The position numbers and the translations under genes were made by a program. A DNA stretch of 64,000 bases from Planctomycetota bacterium (lineage in GTDB: Bacteria > Planctomycetota > B15-G4). The stretch is from NCBI GenBank assembly GCA_029245865.1, contig JAQWOM010000043.1, positions 76,846 to 140,845 of the forward strand, read 5' to 3'. The notes beneath the pieces were generated by a model that saw only the letters and a list, made by a program, of their open reading frames with translations, had not been told where the DNA came from and ran no database searches. Shown here in pieces: positions 29,336-38,251 of the stretch. The stretch's first letter is position 1, and each line of letters opens with the position of its first letter.

Positions 29336-32300
29336 AAGGGATGACGATCGAGTTGATGATCGGCGGTTGCGTGGAGTTGGGCGCGACACCGAAGCTCGCC
29401 CGGAACTTGATGTAGGTGTACTCATCATCCGGGCCACTGAGATCGACGGTGAAGTTGGGCTCATCGGAACGGACGTAACCCGACTCCAGCGTGGGCGCCG
29501 CGAAGTTCAACTGGCGGCCAGCACGGAAATCAACGGCCAGCGACGCAGCAGGATCGACGTCGGCAACTGGCGGATGAATGATGGGCCGCTGGTAGCGAGC
29601 CGTGGTTCCATCCACTTCGATCGTGGGTGATTCGATCACCGAAACGCGCTTCTTGTACTTCCACATCATGTAGTAGCGGCTGTTGTCACCAAAACGCGAG
29701 GGAGGAGCCGTCATGCCTGGCTCGTTCGAGATGACGGTGGGCGCGGTGTTCGAGAACCCCTCATTGAAAGGAATATCACACGGGTCAGCACCCGGCCCGA
29801 TGGCCCCTGGTGGAGGTCCGTACCCGAAGAAGAAGGTCGGCGGCTGCCCGGTCGGCCCCGGAAACGACGTGGGGTCCGGAAGCGGATTCATGAGCATGCC
29901 GTTGGCGTAGTAGTAGTTCGTCTCTGGCAAGACGTTGCCCCCGGGCAAGGTCGTGATGCAGCAGAGGTCGTCGTCATAGACGCCGTTCAGCGGACCGAAC
30001 GACTCGGGGCCTGTGTAGCTCGGTGTGGGTTGAATGGCGATCGTGTCGCCTCCGGCACAGTCCGGAGATTCGGGAATCTTCGGTGGCGTGATGTAGTCAA
30101 TGGGCAATTGGGTCGGCATGCCGTTGTGAAGACCCTGAGGTGCCACGGCCGAGGTGTAGGAACCAGGCTTGAGCAGAGGGCCACCCTCGCCCGCATGCAA
30201 GTAGTTGAGCTGCTTGGGGCAGGTCGCAATCCCAATCGACCAGTTGGGTGCGTTGTAGGCTGCCGGGTGCTGACCCTGACTCCAGATACGGAAGCGAGGC
30301 AACACGGAGGTCAGGATGCCGGGCGAGAACCGATACACATTGCCAGGAGGAGGCGATTCGTTGGGACCGATGGAATACTCGATGAGCATCGGGAAGCGGC
30401 TGTCGTACGGGAAAGAGAAGACATCCTCTTTGCCGAAAAACGGGTCGAGTCCCGCATTGAAGTCCGGATAGTCCAGATAGAGGTTGAACGCACCAGGCGT
30501 TGACCCTGCGTTCGTCGGCTTGAACAGGTTGGTCGGACTCAGCGTGTAGGCCGTTCCGCGCTGAACAACGGTTGTCGTCTCTGGCTGGGGGTTCTTCTCC
30601 AGTTGTGCCTCCAGGTTGTTGGTCAGGCCTTGTCCCTCTCCAATGCAGCAGTTGTCGAAATGCTCAAGACGGTTGCAGTCAAAGTTCCTGTCCAGGCCTG
30701 AATCATCGTCGGCAGGAATTCCGTTGGTCTGATTCGTGTTGGGCCCGCGGCCTCTGTTCGCACCACCGAGACCGACGAGGAGTTCGAAATCGTCCAGCAC
30801 CGTGGGAAACACGACGTCATCGAACGGGGACCAGGCCAGACCCACCAGATCGAGAGTCACGCCGGCGAAAGACGTCTGGGACGGCGAGGCATCACCTGCA
30901 CGGTAGACATGCTGGAAGCGCGCACCGAAACCCGAGTTGATCGGCGTTCCTGCGCCAAAGCCCAGCGACACCAGCAAATCTTCCCCGTTCGGCGACGCCC
31001 AGGCCGAAGGTTTGGGGGGATTGTTGTTGTCGATCAGGTGCTGAATGACAGCTGCCGGCGCACCGGTGAGCCAACCGGGAATGTTCAGGCCGACCTCCGT
31101 CACCTGCGGGCCGTAGATGAAACGCCGCTCTGGAATGCCGTTGTCGTCTGAATCGATCGGAGGGTAATCGTTGTATTCGACCCCAGACGTCACGCTGTCA
31201 TGCACGCTGCCCTCTGGGTAAGTGATGTTTGCTGTCAGCGGCTGCCCAAGGAAGCGGTGCACAATCACGCCGTAGTCGGGATCGCTGCTCGGCAAGGTGT
31301 CAAAGGTCATCGAGTTGTCGATCGCCGGCGGGAAGGCCCCTCGCGAGGGGCTCGTCGGCACGAGAAAGAAGTTCTCGGTGTCCCCCTGGTCGAGAAGGGC
31401 TGCGGGAAGGCCGAGCCCTCGACCACCCACATTGATGCAGCCCGTGATGCCCAAGGTGTTCAGGTCATCCAGTTGAGCCAGCACTTCGGGAGTTGCCGTG
31501 GCCGCGATCTCGTCAATCGTGGACTGAGGAGGAAGCGTACGCACCACGAGACGGAGTTGGCTGGCGGTACCACCAAAGCCAACGAAACGCGAGTTGGATG
31601 TTTCAACCTGATCTTCAAGGTAAGGCTGGAACTCCATCACGGACCCATTGTCCAGGGCCACCGTCCGCCCCAGTCGCATGTCCCTGAATGCGCTATCGGT
31701 CGGAGACAAAGAACCGTCCGCGACATAAAAAGACTCGTAAGGATCGAAGCTCGCGACGTCCATGCCCTCGCTGAACTGGAGACGCAACGACGTGCGAGGC
31801 GGAACAGCAAGGAAAGTCGACGTCGCTGCATTCCAGTGATTCAGACGCTCCTCTCCGAACTCATCGAACATGCGTACGAAATACCGCAGATCGCTGTTGA
31901 ACTGATCCTGAGGATCGTTCGGATCACGCGGGACGCTCTCTGGGTCGACCGTGATCGCCGCAAGGCTGACCGGATCGCTGGGAAAAGGAGGCGGAATGGG
32001 CTCGAAGAATTCGCTTCGTGACACGGTGTAGGCATCACCCACATTCGTGTCCACAGCAAGAGACTGCCCCGGCGCCAGCCTGAAGACGGCGTCGCCCCCG
32101 GAATTGAAGTTCGACTCCAGGACGTACTGGGTGGTGCCCTCGAAGGATTCCACTTCCATCAATCCGTTGGCCCATTCGCCCTCACCGTCATTCGCGCTGG
32201 TGTTCGGAAGCTGAGCCAGCGAGTCATCGCGGAGCTCAAACTGTCCACCCACAAAGTCGAGAGAAGACAGTGAACTCGACAGGACCACACGACGAATGAT

Positions 32301-33152
32301 GCGAGGAGCTGTGAGATCGGGCAGGAATCCGTTGAACGACACCGCGCCGTCATCTGTCTGCAACACGATCGCGTCGAGTGCGCTGTTCCCCGTGTTGACC
32401 GGAAGTGGGCGCACCAGACTCCCAAGCTTGTCATCTCGTGTCTGAATGGGCAGGCCCGAGACGGACTCCAACGCGCCACCTCCGACACTTCCGCTCACGA
32501 CGGCTCTCAGGAATCCCGTGGAATCCTCCACGGCCGTTCCCGTCTGGTCAAAAACCAGCGGGCTGGCTTCAAACCCAAGACTCTCGCTCGTGATGCCGAC
32601 GATCACCACCTGGTTTCCCACCACGAACGCGCGAGACGGAATGACGGCCCCAGACTTACGTTGCAATTGAACCGTGCTCAGAGGACCGAGCCGATTCGTT
32701 TCCCCCTCGGCCGTCGGCGACAGCAAAGCGAGACTCGCCTCCGACACCGGCATGGAGAACTCAAGAATCAAAGCGGCATTGCGAGGCAGCAATGGAATCT
32801 GCGGCGTGAGCGGATCCAAGATCTGAGCCAAGCTGAGCGACGCGAGAGAGGAAAGCGAGGCTCCTTCGGTGAGCACCTTGGGAAAGCCCGGCAAGACAAC
32901 ACCGGTGAGCGGGTCGATCTCGTAGAGCGAGGCTGGGTTCACCAAGTTCAAGAGTTCGCCCTGCAGATCCAAGATGGGCCGCGCAAAGGCTGCGCCCGTC
33001 AGGAAGAAGTCGACATCCGGATCCAGAGGTGTCGAGCCTCCAGTGCTTCCACCACCACCACCACCACCCCCGCCACCACCACCACCACCACATGCCGCCA
33101 GCAGCCCAAACATGGCCGCGACAAGGGCTCGACTGAGCAGGGACTGTGACAT
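29319..33152 (-). CDS. Giant acidic lipoprotein 3: poly-Gly tether, Ig-like domains, Cys/Pro-rich C-terminal half
   Basis: GGAG RBS then MSQSLL..LAAC followed by 14 Gly; LEFSMPVSEASL and LQFSEGMDVASF Ig-like motifs. Confidence 0.75.
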   Translation of the reverse strand: MSQSLLSRALVAAMFGLLAACGGGGGGGGGGGGGGSTGGSTPLDPDVDFFLTGAAFARPILDLQGELLNLVNPASLYEIDPLTGVVLPGFPKVLTEGASLSSLASLSLAQILDPLTPQIPLLPRNAALILEFSMPVSEASLALLSPTAEGETNRLGPLSTVQLQRKSGAVIPSRAFVVGNQVVIVGITSESLGFEASPLVFDQTGTAVEDSTGFLRAVVSGSVGGGALESVSGLPIQTRDDKLGSLVRPLPVNTGNSALDAIVLQTDDGAVSFNGFLPDLTAPRIIRRVVLSSSLSSLDFVGGQFELRDDSLAQLPNTSANDGEGEWANGLMEVESFEGTTQYVLESNFNSGGDAVFRLAPGQSLAVDTNVGDAYTVSRSEFFEPIPPPFPSDPVSLAAITVDPESVPRDPNDPQDQFNSDLRYFVRMFDEFGEERLNHWNAATSTFLAVPPRTSLRLQFSEGMDVASFDPYESFYVADGSLSPTDSAFRDMRLGRTVALDNGSVMEFQPYLEDQVETSNSRFVGFGGTASQLRLVVRTLPPQSTIDEIAATATPEVLAQLDDLNTLGITGCINVGGRGLGLPAALLDQGDTENFFLVPTSPSRGAFPPAIDNSMTFDTLPSSDPDYGVIVHRFLGQPLTANITYPEGSVHDSVTSGVEYNDYPPIDSDDNGIPERRFIYGPQVTEVGLNIPGWLTGAPAAVIQHLIDNNNPPKPSAWASPNGEDLLVSLGFGAGTPINSGFGARFQHVYRAGDASPSQTSFAGVTLDLVGLAWSPFDDVVFPTVLDDFELLVGLGGANRGRGPNTNQTNGIPADDDSGLDRNFDCNRLEHFDNCCIGEGQGLTNNLEAQLEKNPQPETTTVVQRGTAYTLSPTNLFKPTNAGSTPGAFNLYLDYPDFNAGLDPFFGKEDVFSFPYDSRFPMLIEYSIGPNESPPPGNVYRFSPGILTSVLPRFRIWSQGQHPAAYNAPNWSIGIATCPKQLNYLHAGEGGPLLKPGSYTSAVAPQGLHNGMPTQLPIDYITPPKIPESPDCAGGDTIAIQPTPSYTGPESFGPLNGVYDDDLCCITTLPGGNVLPETNYYYANGMLMNPLPDPTSFPGPTGQPPTFFFGYGPPPGAIGPGADPCDIPFNEGFSNTAPTVISNEPGMTAPPSRFGDNSRYYMMWKYKKRVSVIESPTIEVDGTTARYQRPIIHPPVADVDPAASLAVDFRAGRQLNFAAPTLESGYVRSDEPNFTVDLSGPDDEYTYIKFRASFGVAPNSTQPPIINSIVIPYEKLD

Positions 33153-33495
33153 CACATCACTCCGGTGATTCATGCGATTCATGGCGATAGGTGCGATTCG
33201 TCTGGAACAGCGGCCCCTCGCAAAGGAAGACCTCCATCTAAAGAAGAGGATACCCGTGCGTTTCCGACTGACCATACGCGTGCCTTGAAGGATCGAGGGA
33301 ATCAGCCGTCCGGAGGATTCAGAAGGGGGAAGGCGGCCTGGAACCCGCCCAGGATACCCTTTCAAGCTGCTCTCTGCCTTGACGAAGAGCGCCCACAAGG
33401 CCTGACAGAGCCGCACAGGGCGTCGGCCGAATCACAGGGTTCTCGGGCTCCACCAGGGCTCCACCAGGGCAACGCCACCGGCCACCGACATCCAC

Positions 33496-34464
33496 CTAGG
33501 GAGAAGCCGCCCATGAGTCCCGTACTTGCCTCAAGAACCCCCGGAACCCGGAATCCAGCGGGGCCAGCACGTCGTCTCGCGCATCGCCCGTAATTCCCAG
33601 CGCCGCCACGATCCGGGCCCTGAGCGCCTCGACGCCATATCCCGTCTTTCCGGACACTCCGGGCGGCCCGCCTCCGTCCGCATCATCCACCTTGCCCTGC
33701 ACGCGAAGCAGCAAGGCCTTGGCAGGGCATCTGGCCAACAAAATCTCGTCGGAAGACTGCAGCACATGCACGAGGAGGTCGGCTCCTGGTCGCTGGATCT
33801 CGTGCTCAGCTCCCCCCTCCGTATCCTCCAGCACCACCATGACGCCGTTCATCTGAGTCACGGCCGTGACCGCATCCCGCGTCGTGCCGGCCATCGGCGA
33901 CACCAGGGCGCGGTCTTCCATGAGCAAAGCATTGAAGAGCGTGCTCTTGCCGACATTCGGCAAACCCACGAGACGCACCGTGGGCGGATGCTCCAGATGC
34001 CGCGCCAGAAGAGCATGAGCGAGCGCGCCGTGAATCGCTTCTCGTAAGGCATCTTCACGACCACCGCGAGCCACGACCTTTTCCAGTTCGTGAAGGGCGC
34101 CATGAAGTCGGCTGGCCCGCGCCCGAGCAGCCCGCAGGCCCGGCACAATCGAGAGCCCTGAGGAATCCGTGGGTCGCTCCTGCGCGCCTTCTTCAGCGCC
34201 GAGGCCCTCGAGCACAGCTGCGACGACGGCAGCCCCGCCATGCACATGCAGTTCGGCCCCCGATTCCCTTCCAAGAACCAACACATCATCGACATCGCGG
34301 CCATCGACTTGGAGGCGCGCTCTGACGAAACGCCCTGGCGCGGGCCAGGCCAGACGATGACCGGCTCTGTTCGCAAGCTGAACGGCCTCGCCTGGCACAC
34401 CTTCCAGAACGATCACCGCCACAGCTGCAACGCCCGCCGGGGTGAGAACGGTTGCCCGGGTCAC
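33496..34464 (-). CDS. MnmE/TrmE-like GTPase, shortened and divergent
   Basis: TPAGVAAVAVI, ELHVHGG, GLPNVGKSTLFN, GTTRD; lacks C-terminal FCIGK; GTG start overlaps the coaX stop. Confidence 0.8.
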   Translation of the reverse strand: MTRATVLTPAGVAAVAVIVLEGVPGEAVQLANRAGHRLAWPAPGRFVRARLQVDGRDVDDVLVLGRESGAELHVHGGAAVVAAVLEGLGAEEGAQERPTDSSGLSIVPGLRAARARASRLHGALHELEKVVARGGREDALREAIHGALAHALLARHLEHPPTVRLVGLPNVGKSTLFNALLMEDRALVSPMAGTTRDAVTAVTQMNGVMVVLEDTEGGAEHEIQRPGADLLVHVLQSSDEILLARCPAKALLLRVQGKVDDADGGGPPGVSGKTGYGVEALRARIVAALGITGDARDDVLAPLDSGFRGFLRQVRDSWAASP

Positions 34465-35219
34465 ACCTGCTCGCCGGCCCAGAGACGGAGACCTCGGTGC
34501 ACGAGAGCTTCGTCCCAATCGACTGCTCGTTCGGAAAAGAGCGAGGCCTTGGCTCCGGCTACGGACGTATGACGACTTGCGGCAAGCCAAGCGCGCCCCC
34601 ACCCCCCGGTCACGCAGAGCCTGGCCTCCTTCTCGCCCAGGCTGCTGAACGCGGCTTCCACGAGATGGTCCACACCGCCAACAGCCAGTCCCCAGACCCC
34701 TCCGGACAGTGCCCCCATGGTTTCCAGCCCGGGAGTCGGGCGGCCACCCTCGAGAGCAGCCGTCGAGATCAAGGGCAAAGCCGGTGCATGTGCATGCAAG
34801 CCGGCAAACGCCGCGGCTGGGCCCGGCGCAATGAATCCACCACGAAACACACCCTCCCGATCCACGAGATCCACCGTCACAGCAGTTCCCGCGTCAACAA
34901 CGACCACCGGGCCTGGGAGCGCCCCGAGCACGGTGGCCAAGCGGTCAGCCCCGGTCGACTCGGCGAGAGACTCACAGGCCAACGGTACGGGAGCATCTTC
35001 TAGATGGCGCAAGGTCGCCTTGCCGCGCTGGGCGACCGCCTCCGCAAGCGCCTCCCAGCGTGACTCGGAGACGGTGATCCCAACGGCCTCACCCACGAGA
35101 ATCTCGGCCGCTTCGAGCGGATCTGCCACGCGCGTCACCACGACACGCTCGCCCTCCCACCTCCCGACGCCGAGCGACGAGTTGCCGACGTCCACCGTCA
35201 GCACATCATGCCGAGGCAT
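34461..35219 (-). CDS. coaX: Type III pantothenate kinase
   Basis: VDVGNS, GADR, VVDAGTAVTVD, GGFIAPG, TGG. Confidence 0.92.
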   Translation of the reverse strand: MPRHDVLTVDVGNSSLGVGRWEGERVVVTRVADPLEAAEILVGEAVGITVSESRWEALAEAVAQRGKATLRHLEDAPVPLACESLAESTGADRLATVLGALPGPVVVVDAGTAVTVDLVDREGVFRGGFIAPGPAAAFAGLHAHAPALPLISTAALEGGRPTPGLETMGALSGGVWGLAVGGVDHLVEAAFSSLGEKEARLCVTGGWGRAWLAASRHTSVAGAKASLFSERAVDWDEALVHRGLRLWAGEQV

Positions 35220-35271
35220 GGCATCTTCCCCCCGTCATGGATCGCAGGGTGATCGCAGGGTCACGGACCTG

Positions 35272-36297
35272 TTACTTGTCCTTGTTCTTGTTGTGGATGA
35301 CCGTGGTCTCTTCAACCCCAAGCCGCTCCCACAGGACGATGTACTGGGGCTCCTCAGGATGGTTCTTGCCCCAGTTAATGCCTTCCGCGACGGAACTCAT
35401 CGGGTGACCGTTGACAGAGATGATGCGATCACCCGTCTTGAATCCAAAGCGGGCTGGCATCGAACCTTCTTCAACGTCTGTCAGTTCGATCGACGTGCGC
35501 CCACCACCGGAAGGCGTGATCGACCGAGCTCTGACCTGTGACTGGAGTTGGTCTCCTCCATCGGCGAACTCTCGCAAATCGTTTTCACCGAAGACCCAAC
35601 TGCCATCGATCCGCTGAATCGAATCCGCAGGCCATTCATCAAATTCGCTGTTGAGATCCACGGCCGCCGCAAAGGTGATCTGGTCGATCGGCAAACCATC
35701 TCCGCTCGAGTCCAGCCCCGGGGTGAGCGTGACTTCCTCGGCCCCCCACTGGAAGGCAACATCCTGGTGCCCGATGCGAAGGACTTTGCCGAAGTAAGGA
35801 GCTTCGTCGTAAGGCGCCTTCAGCAACTCACCTTCGGTGAGATGAAGTCGACGTCGCTTGCCCGAGGACTCGAGACCGAAGCTGCTGTCGTCCTTCACGT
35901 ACTCCAACGCGATCAGTCGGTAGATCGGATCTTCGTGCCACAGCACCATGCCGACCGCCACGATCTCGTCGAGTTTTTCGAGCTGCACTTCCTTCGGCTT
36001 GTTTGAGCCGTCTTGCCCCGTGCCAGGTTTCTTGGCAACAGGCTCCACCGAACCGTCAATCCGGGCCTTCCAGATCTGCTCGTAGTCCGCCACGGCATAC
36101 GACGTGGGCCCCGCATTGAAGCTCCTGTCTGCCTCGATATCCCGGTTCAGAACTTCACTGAAATAGGTGCTTGGCCTGGACTGATAGCGAAGCTCTTGGG
36201 TCTTGCCCTGGTAGATATCCCAGAAGGTCCACCCGGCCAGCAACAACGCCAGGCAAGCGGCCAGCCAGAGCAGACTTTTGAGCTTCCGGATGTTCAT
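35272..36297 (-). CDS. Single-pass membrane protein with C-terminal PDZ domain (GspC-like architecture)
   Basis: N-terminal TM; central ..LTEGE..GKVLRIGHQDVAF..EEVTL resembling the GspC HR domain; PDZ EGSMPARFGFKTGDRIISVNG. Confidence 0.6.
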   Translation of the reverse strand: MNIRKLKSLLWLAACLALLLAGWTFWDIYQGKTQELRYQSRPSTYFSEVLNRDIEADRSFNAGPTSYAVADYEQIWKARIDGSVEPVAKKPGTGQDGSNKPKEVQLEKLDEIVAVGMVLWHEDPIYRLIALEYVKDDSSFGLESSGKRRRLHLTEGELLKAPYDEAPYFGKVLRIGHQDVAFQWGAEEVTLTPGLDSSGDGLPIDQITFAAAVDLNSEFDEWPADSIQRIDGSWVFGENDLREFADGGDQLQSQVRARSITPSGGGRTSIELTDVEEGSMPARFGFKTGDRIISVNGHPMSSVAEGINWGKNHPEEPQYIVLWERLGVEETTVIHNKNKDK

Positions 36298-36408
36298 GCT
36301 GGTATCAGTCGCTCGCTGGGGACAAGAAACGGCCTGGTCTGAGGGGTCAGATTGCCGGGCCAAGCGGCATCAATCAACCGCCCCGTCAGCCTTGGACGGC
36401 GCCGAGAA

Positions 36409-37413
36409 TCAACTCTTCCCGTCTTCCCGGGACTGGATCAACAAAAGGCTCAGATCATCGAGGATCTCCGAAACCCCCTCTCCGGTCTGAGACGAGAGGA
36501 TATGGACCCGGCTGCCTGAGGCCGTTTCCAGAGCCTTCGCCACGGCGGACGGGTCCTCCACGGTGTCCGCCCGGGAGACCGCCAGGACACACGGACGCTC
36601 ATTCAGGCCATAACCAGATTGAGCCAGTTCTGTGCGAATCGTCTGCCAATCGACAAGGGCCTGTTCTGGGCCCACCATGGCATCGACCAGATGCAACAGG
36701 ACACGCGTACGCTGCACATGGCGAAGAAAACGGTCGCCCAGGCCGGCGCCCTCGTGCGCTCCTTCCACTAACCCCGGAATATCGGCGATGACCAGGCCAT
36801 CGTCATTTCGGGAGACGAGACCCAGCACCGGCTCGAGAGTGGTGAATGGATAGTCCGCCACCTTGGGGCGCGCTGCAGACACGCGCCGGAGAAAAGTGGA
36901 CTTGCCAGCATTTGGTAGGCCGACCAACCCCGCATCCGCCACAAGCCGCAACTCGAGCTTGAGCCCACGGGTTTCGCCCAGCTGGCCCTGGCTCGCTCGG
37001 CGAGGCACCTGGTTCGTCGGCCCCGCAAAGTGCTTGTTCCCCCGGCCGCCTGCCCCGCCAGCCACCATGACGACTTCGAGATCGGCCTCGTCGAGGTCCC
37101 GCAGCACGTGACCCCGCTGAGCATCCCGGACAAGAGTGCCTACGGGCACGTCAATGATCAGATCTTCACCCGCACGGCCGTGCTTCAAACTGCTGCCACC
37201 CGGAGCACCTTTTTGCGCCCGATAATGTCGGCCGTGCTGAATGCCAGCCAGCGTGTTGCGGTTGCTCACCGCTCGCAGAATGACATCCCCTCCCTTGCCG
37301 CCGTTCCCTCCGTCAGGGCCACCCCGGGGAATGTATTTCTCCCGCCGGAAAGACACCATGCCGGCCCCGCCCGGACCGGAGGAGACCGTGATTTCGGTCT
37401 CGTCGATGAACAT
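36409..37413 (-). CDS. obgE: GTPase Obg/CgtA
   Basis: SFRREKYIPRGGPDGG, GLPNAGKST, ADYPFTTL, DIPG. Confidence 0.97.
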   Translation of the reverse strand: MFIDETEITVSSGPGGAGMVSFRREKYIPRGGPDGGNGGKGGDVILRAVSNRNTLAGIQHGRHYRAQKGAPGGSSLKHGRAGEDLIIDVPVGTLVRDAQRGHVLRDLDEADLEVVMVAGGAGGRGNKHFAGPTNQVPRRASQGQLGETRGLKLELRLVADAGLVGLPNAGKSTFLRRVSAARPKVADYPFTTLEPVLGLVSRNDDGLVIADIPGLVEGAHEGAGLGDRFLRHVQRTRVLLHLVDAMVGPEQALVDWQTIRTELAQSGYGLNERPCVLAVSRADTVEDPSAVAKALETASGSRVHILSSQTGEGVSEILDDLSLLLIQSREDGKS

Positions 37414-37482
37414 GAATCAGGCCGCGAAGGTCAGCGCGGAAGGGCCGGAGAACTCGTTCTCCCATCCCTCCGCAGAGGAATG

Positions 37483-37737
37483 TCAGGAAGCCGCAGCAAC
37501 CGGATCAATATGCACCCGGCGACGCGTTCCAAAGCGAACGACTCCGTCGGTCAGCGCAAACAAGGTGTAGTCACGCCCAAGGCCCACGTTGAAGCCGGGG
37601 TGAAATCTCGTTCCGAGTTGACGCACAAGGATCGTACCTGCCGTCACCTTCTGACCGCCGTAGCGCTTGATTCCGCGGTGCTGCGGATTGCTGTCACGCC
37701 CGTTCCGTGTGGAGCCCTGCCCCTTCTTATGTGCCAT
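37483..37737 (-). CDS. rpmA: 50S ribosomal protein L27
   Basis: [16 protein letters not shown]. Confidence 0.98.
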   Translation of the reverse strand: MAHKKGQGSTRNGRDSNPQHRGIKRYGGQKVTAGTILVRQLGTRFHPGFNVGLGRDYTLFALTDGVVRFGTRRRVHIDPVAAAS

Positions 37738-37770
37738 GTTGTCGTACCGCCTGCTCGGGGGTGGGTGCTG

Positions 37771-38073
37771 TCACTGGGTAATGGAGGTAATCGTCAAGCG
37801 TGTGTAGTTCTGGCGATGGCCCATCCGGCGCCGATAATCCTTACGGCGACGAAATTTCTCAACGCGCAGCTTCTTGTCCCGAAAGTGCTCTGCCACGACA
37901 CCCTTGACAGCGGCGCCGTCCACAGTGGGCTGACCGAAGGTCTGCCCGACTGCGAGGATTCTGTCGAACACAACTTCCGAGCCGGGTTCGGCGTCGGGCA
38001 TGTGATCGACGACCAGCGAGTCGCCGTCCTGGACGACGTACTGACGCCCGCGATCATTGATGATGGCCTGCAC
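37771..38073 (-). CDS. rplU: 50S ribosomal protein L21
   Basis: AII..GRQY.V..GD, GQPTVDGA, KFRRRKDYRRRMGHRQNYT; start set at GTG 38073. Confidence 0.96.
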   Translation of the reverse strand: MQAIINDRGRQYVVQDGDSLVVDHMPDAEPGSEVVFDRILAVGQTFGQPTVDGAAVKGVVAEHFRDKKLRVEKFRRRKDYRRRMGHRQNYTRLTITSITQ

Positions 38074-38251
38074 GGCTAAACTCCACAGCACTTGCGTGAC
38101 ACACTTGCTTTCAGCTTCCGATCCTTCTGGAAGGAAGGCGACATATCCTACGGACCACTTCCGGCCGGTCAAGCCAGCAAGCGGCCTCTTTCACAGGACG
38201 GCCCCTCACCCCCGAGGCCCTCCAGAGTCCCAATGGCTCACGATTCGTCGA

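Noticed and set aside
33445..33470. GGGCTCCACCA tandem duplication upstream of lipoprotein 3
   Set aside because: Only two copies in GC-rich DNA; no further support
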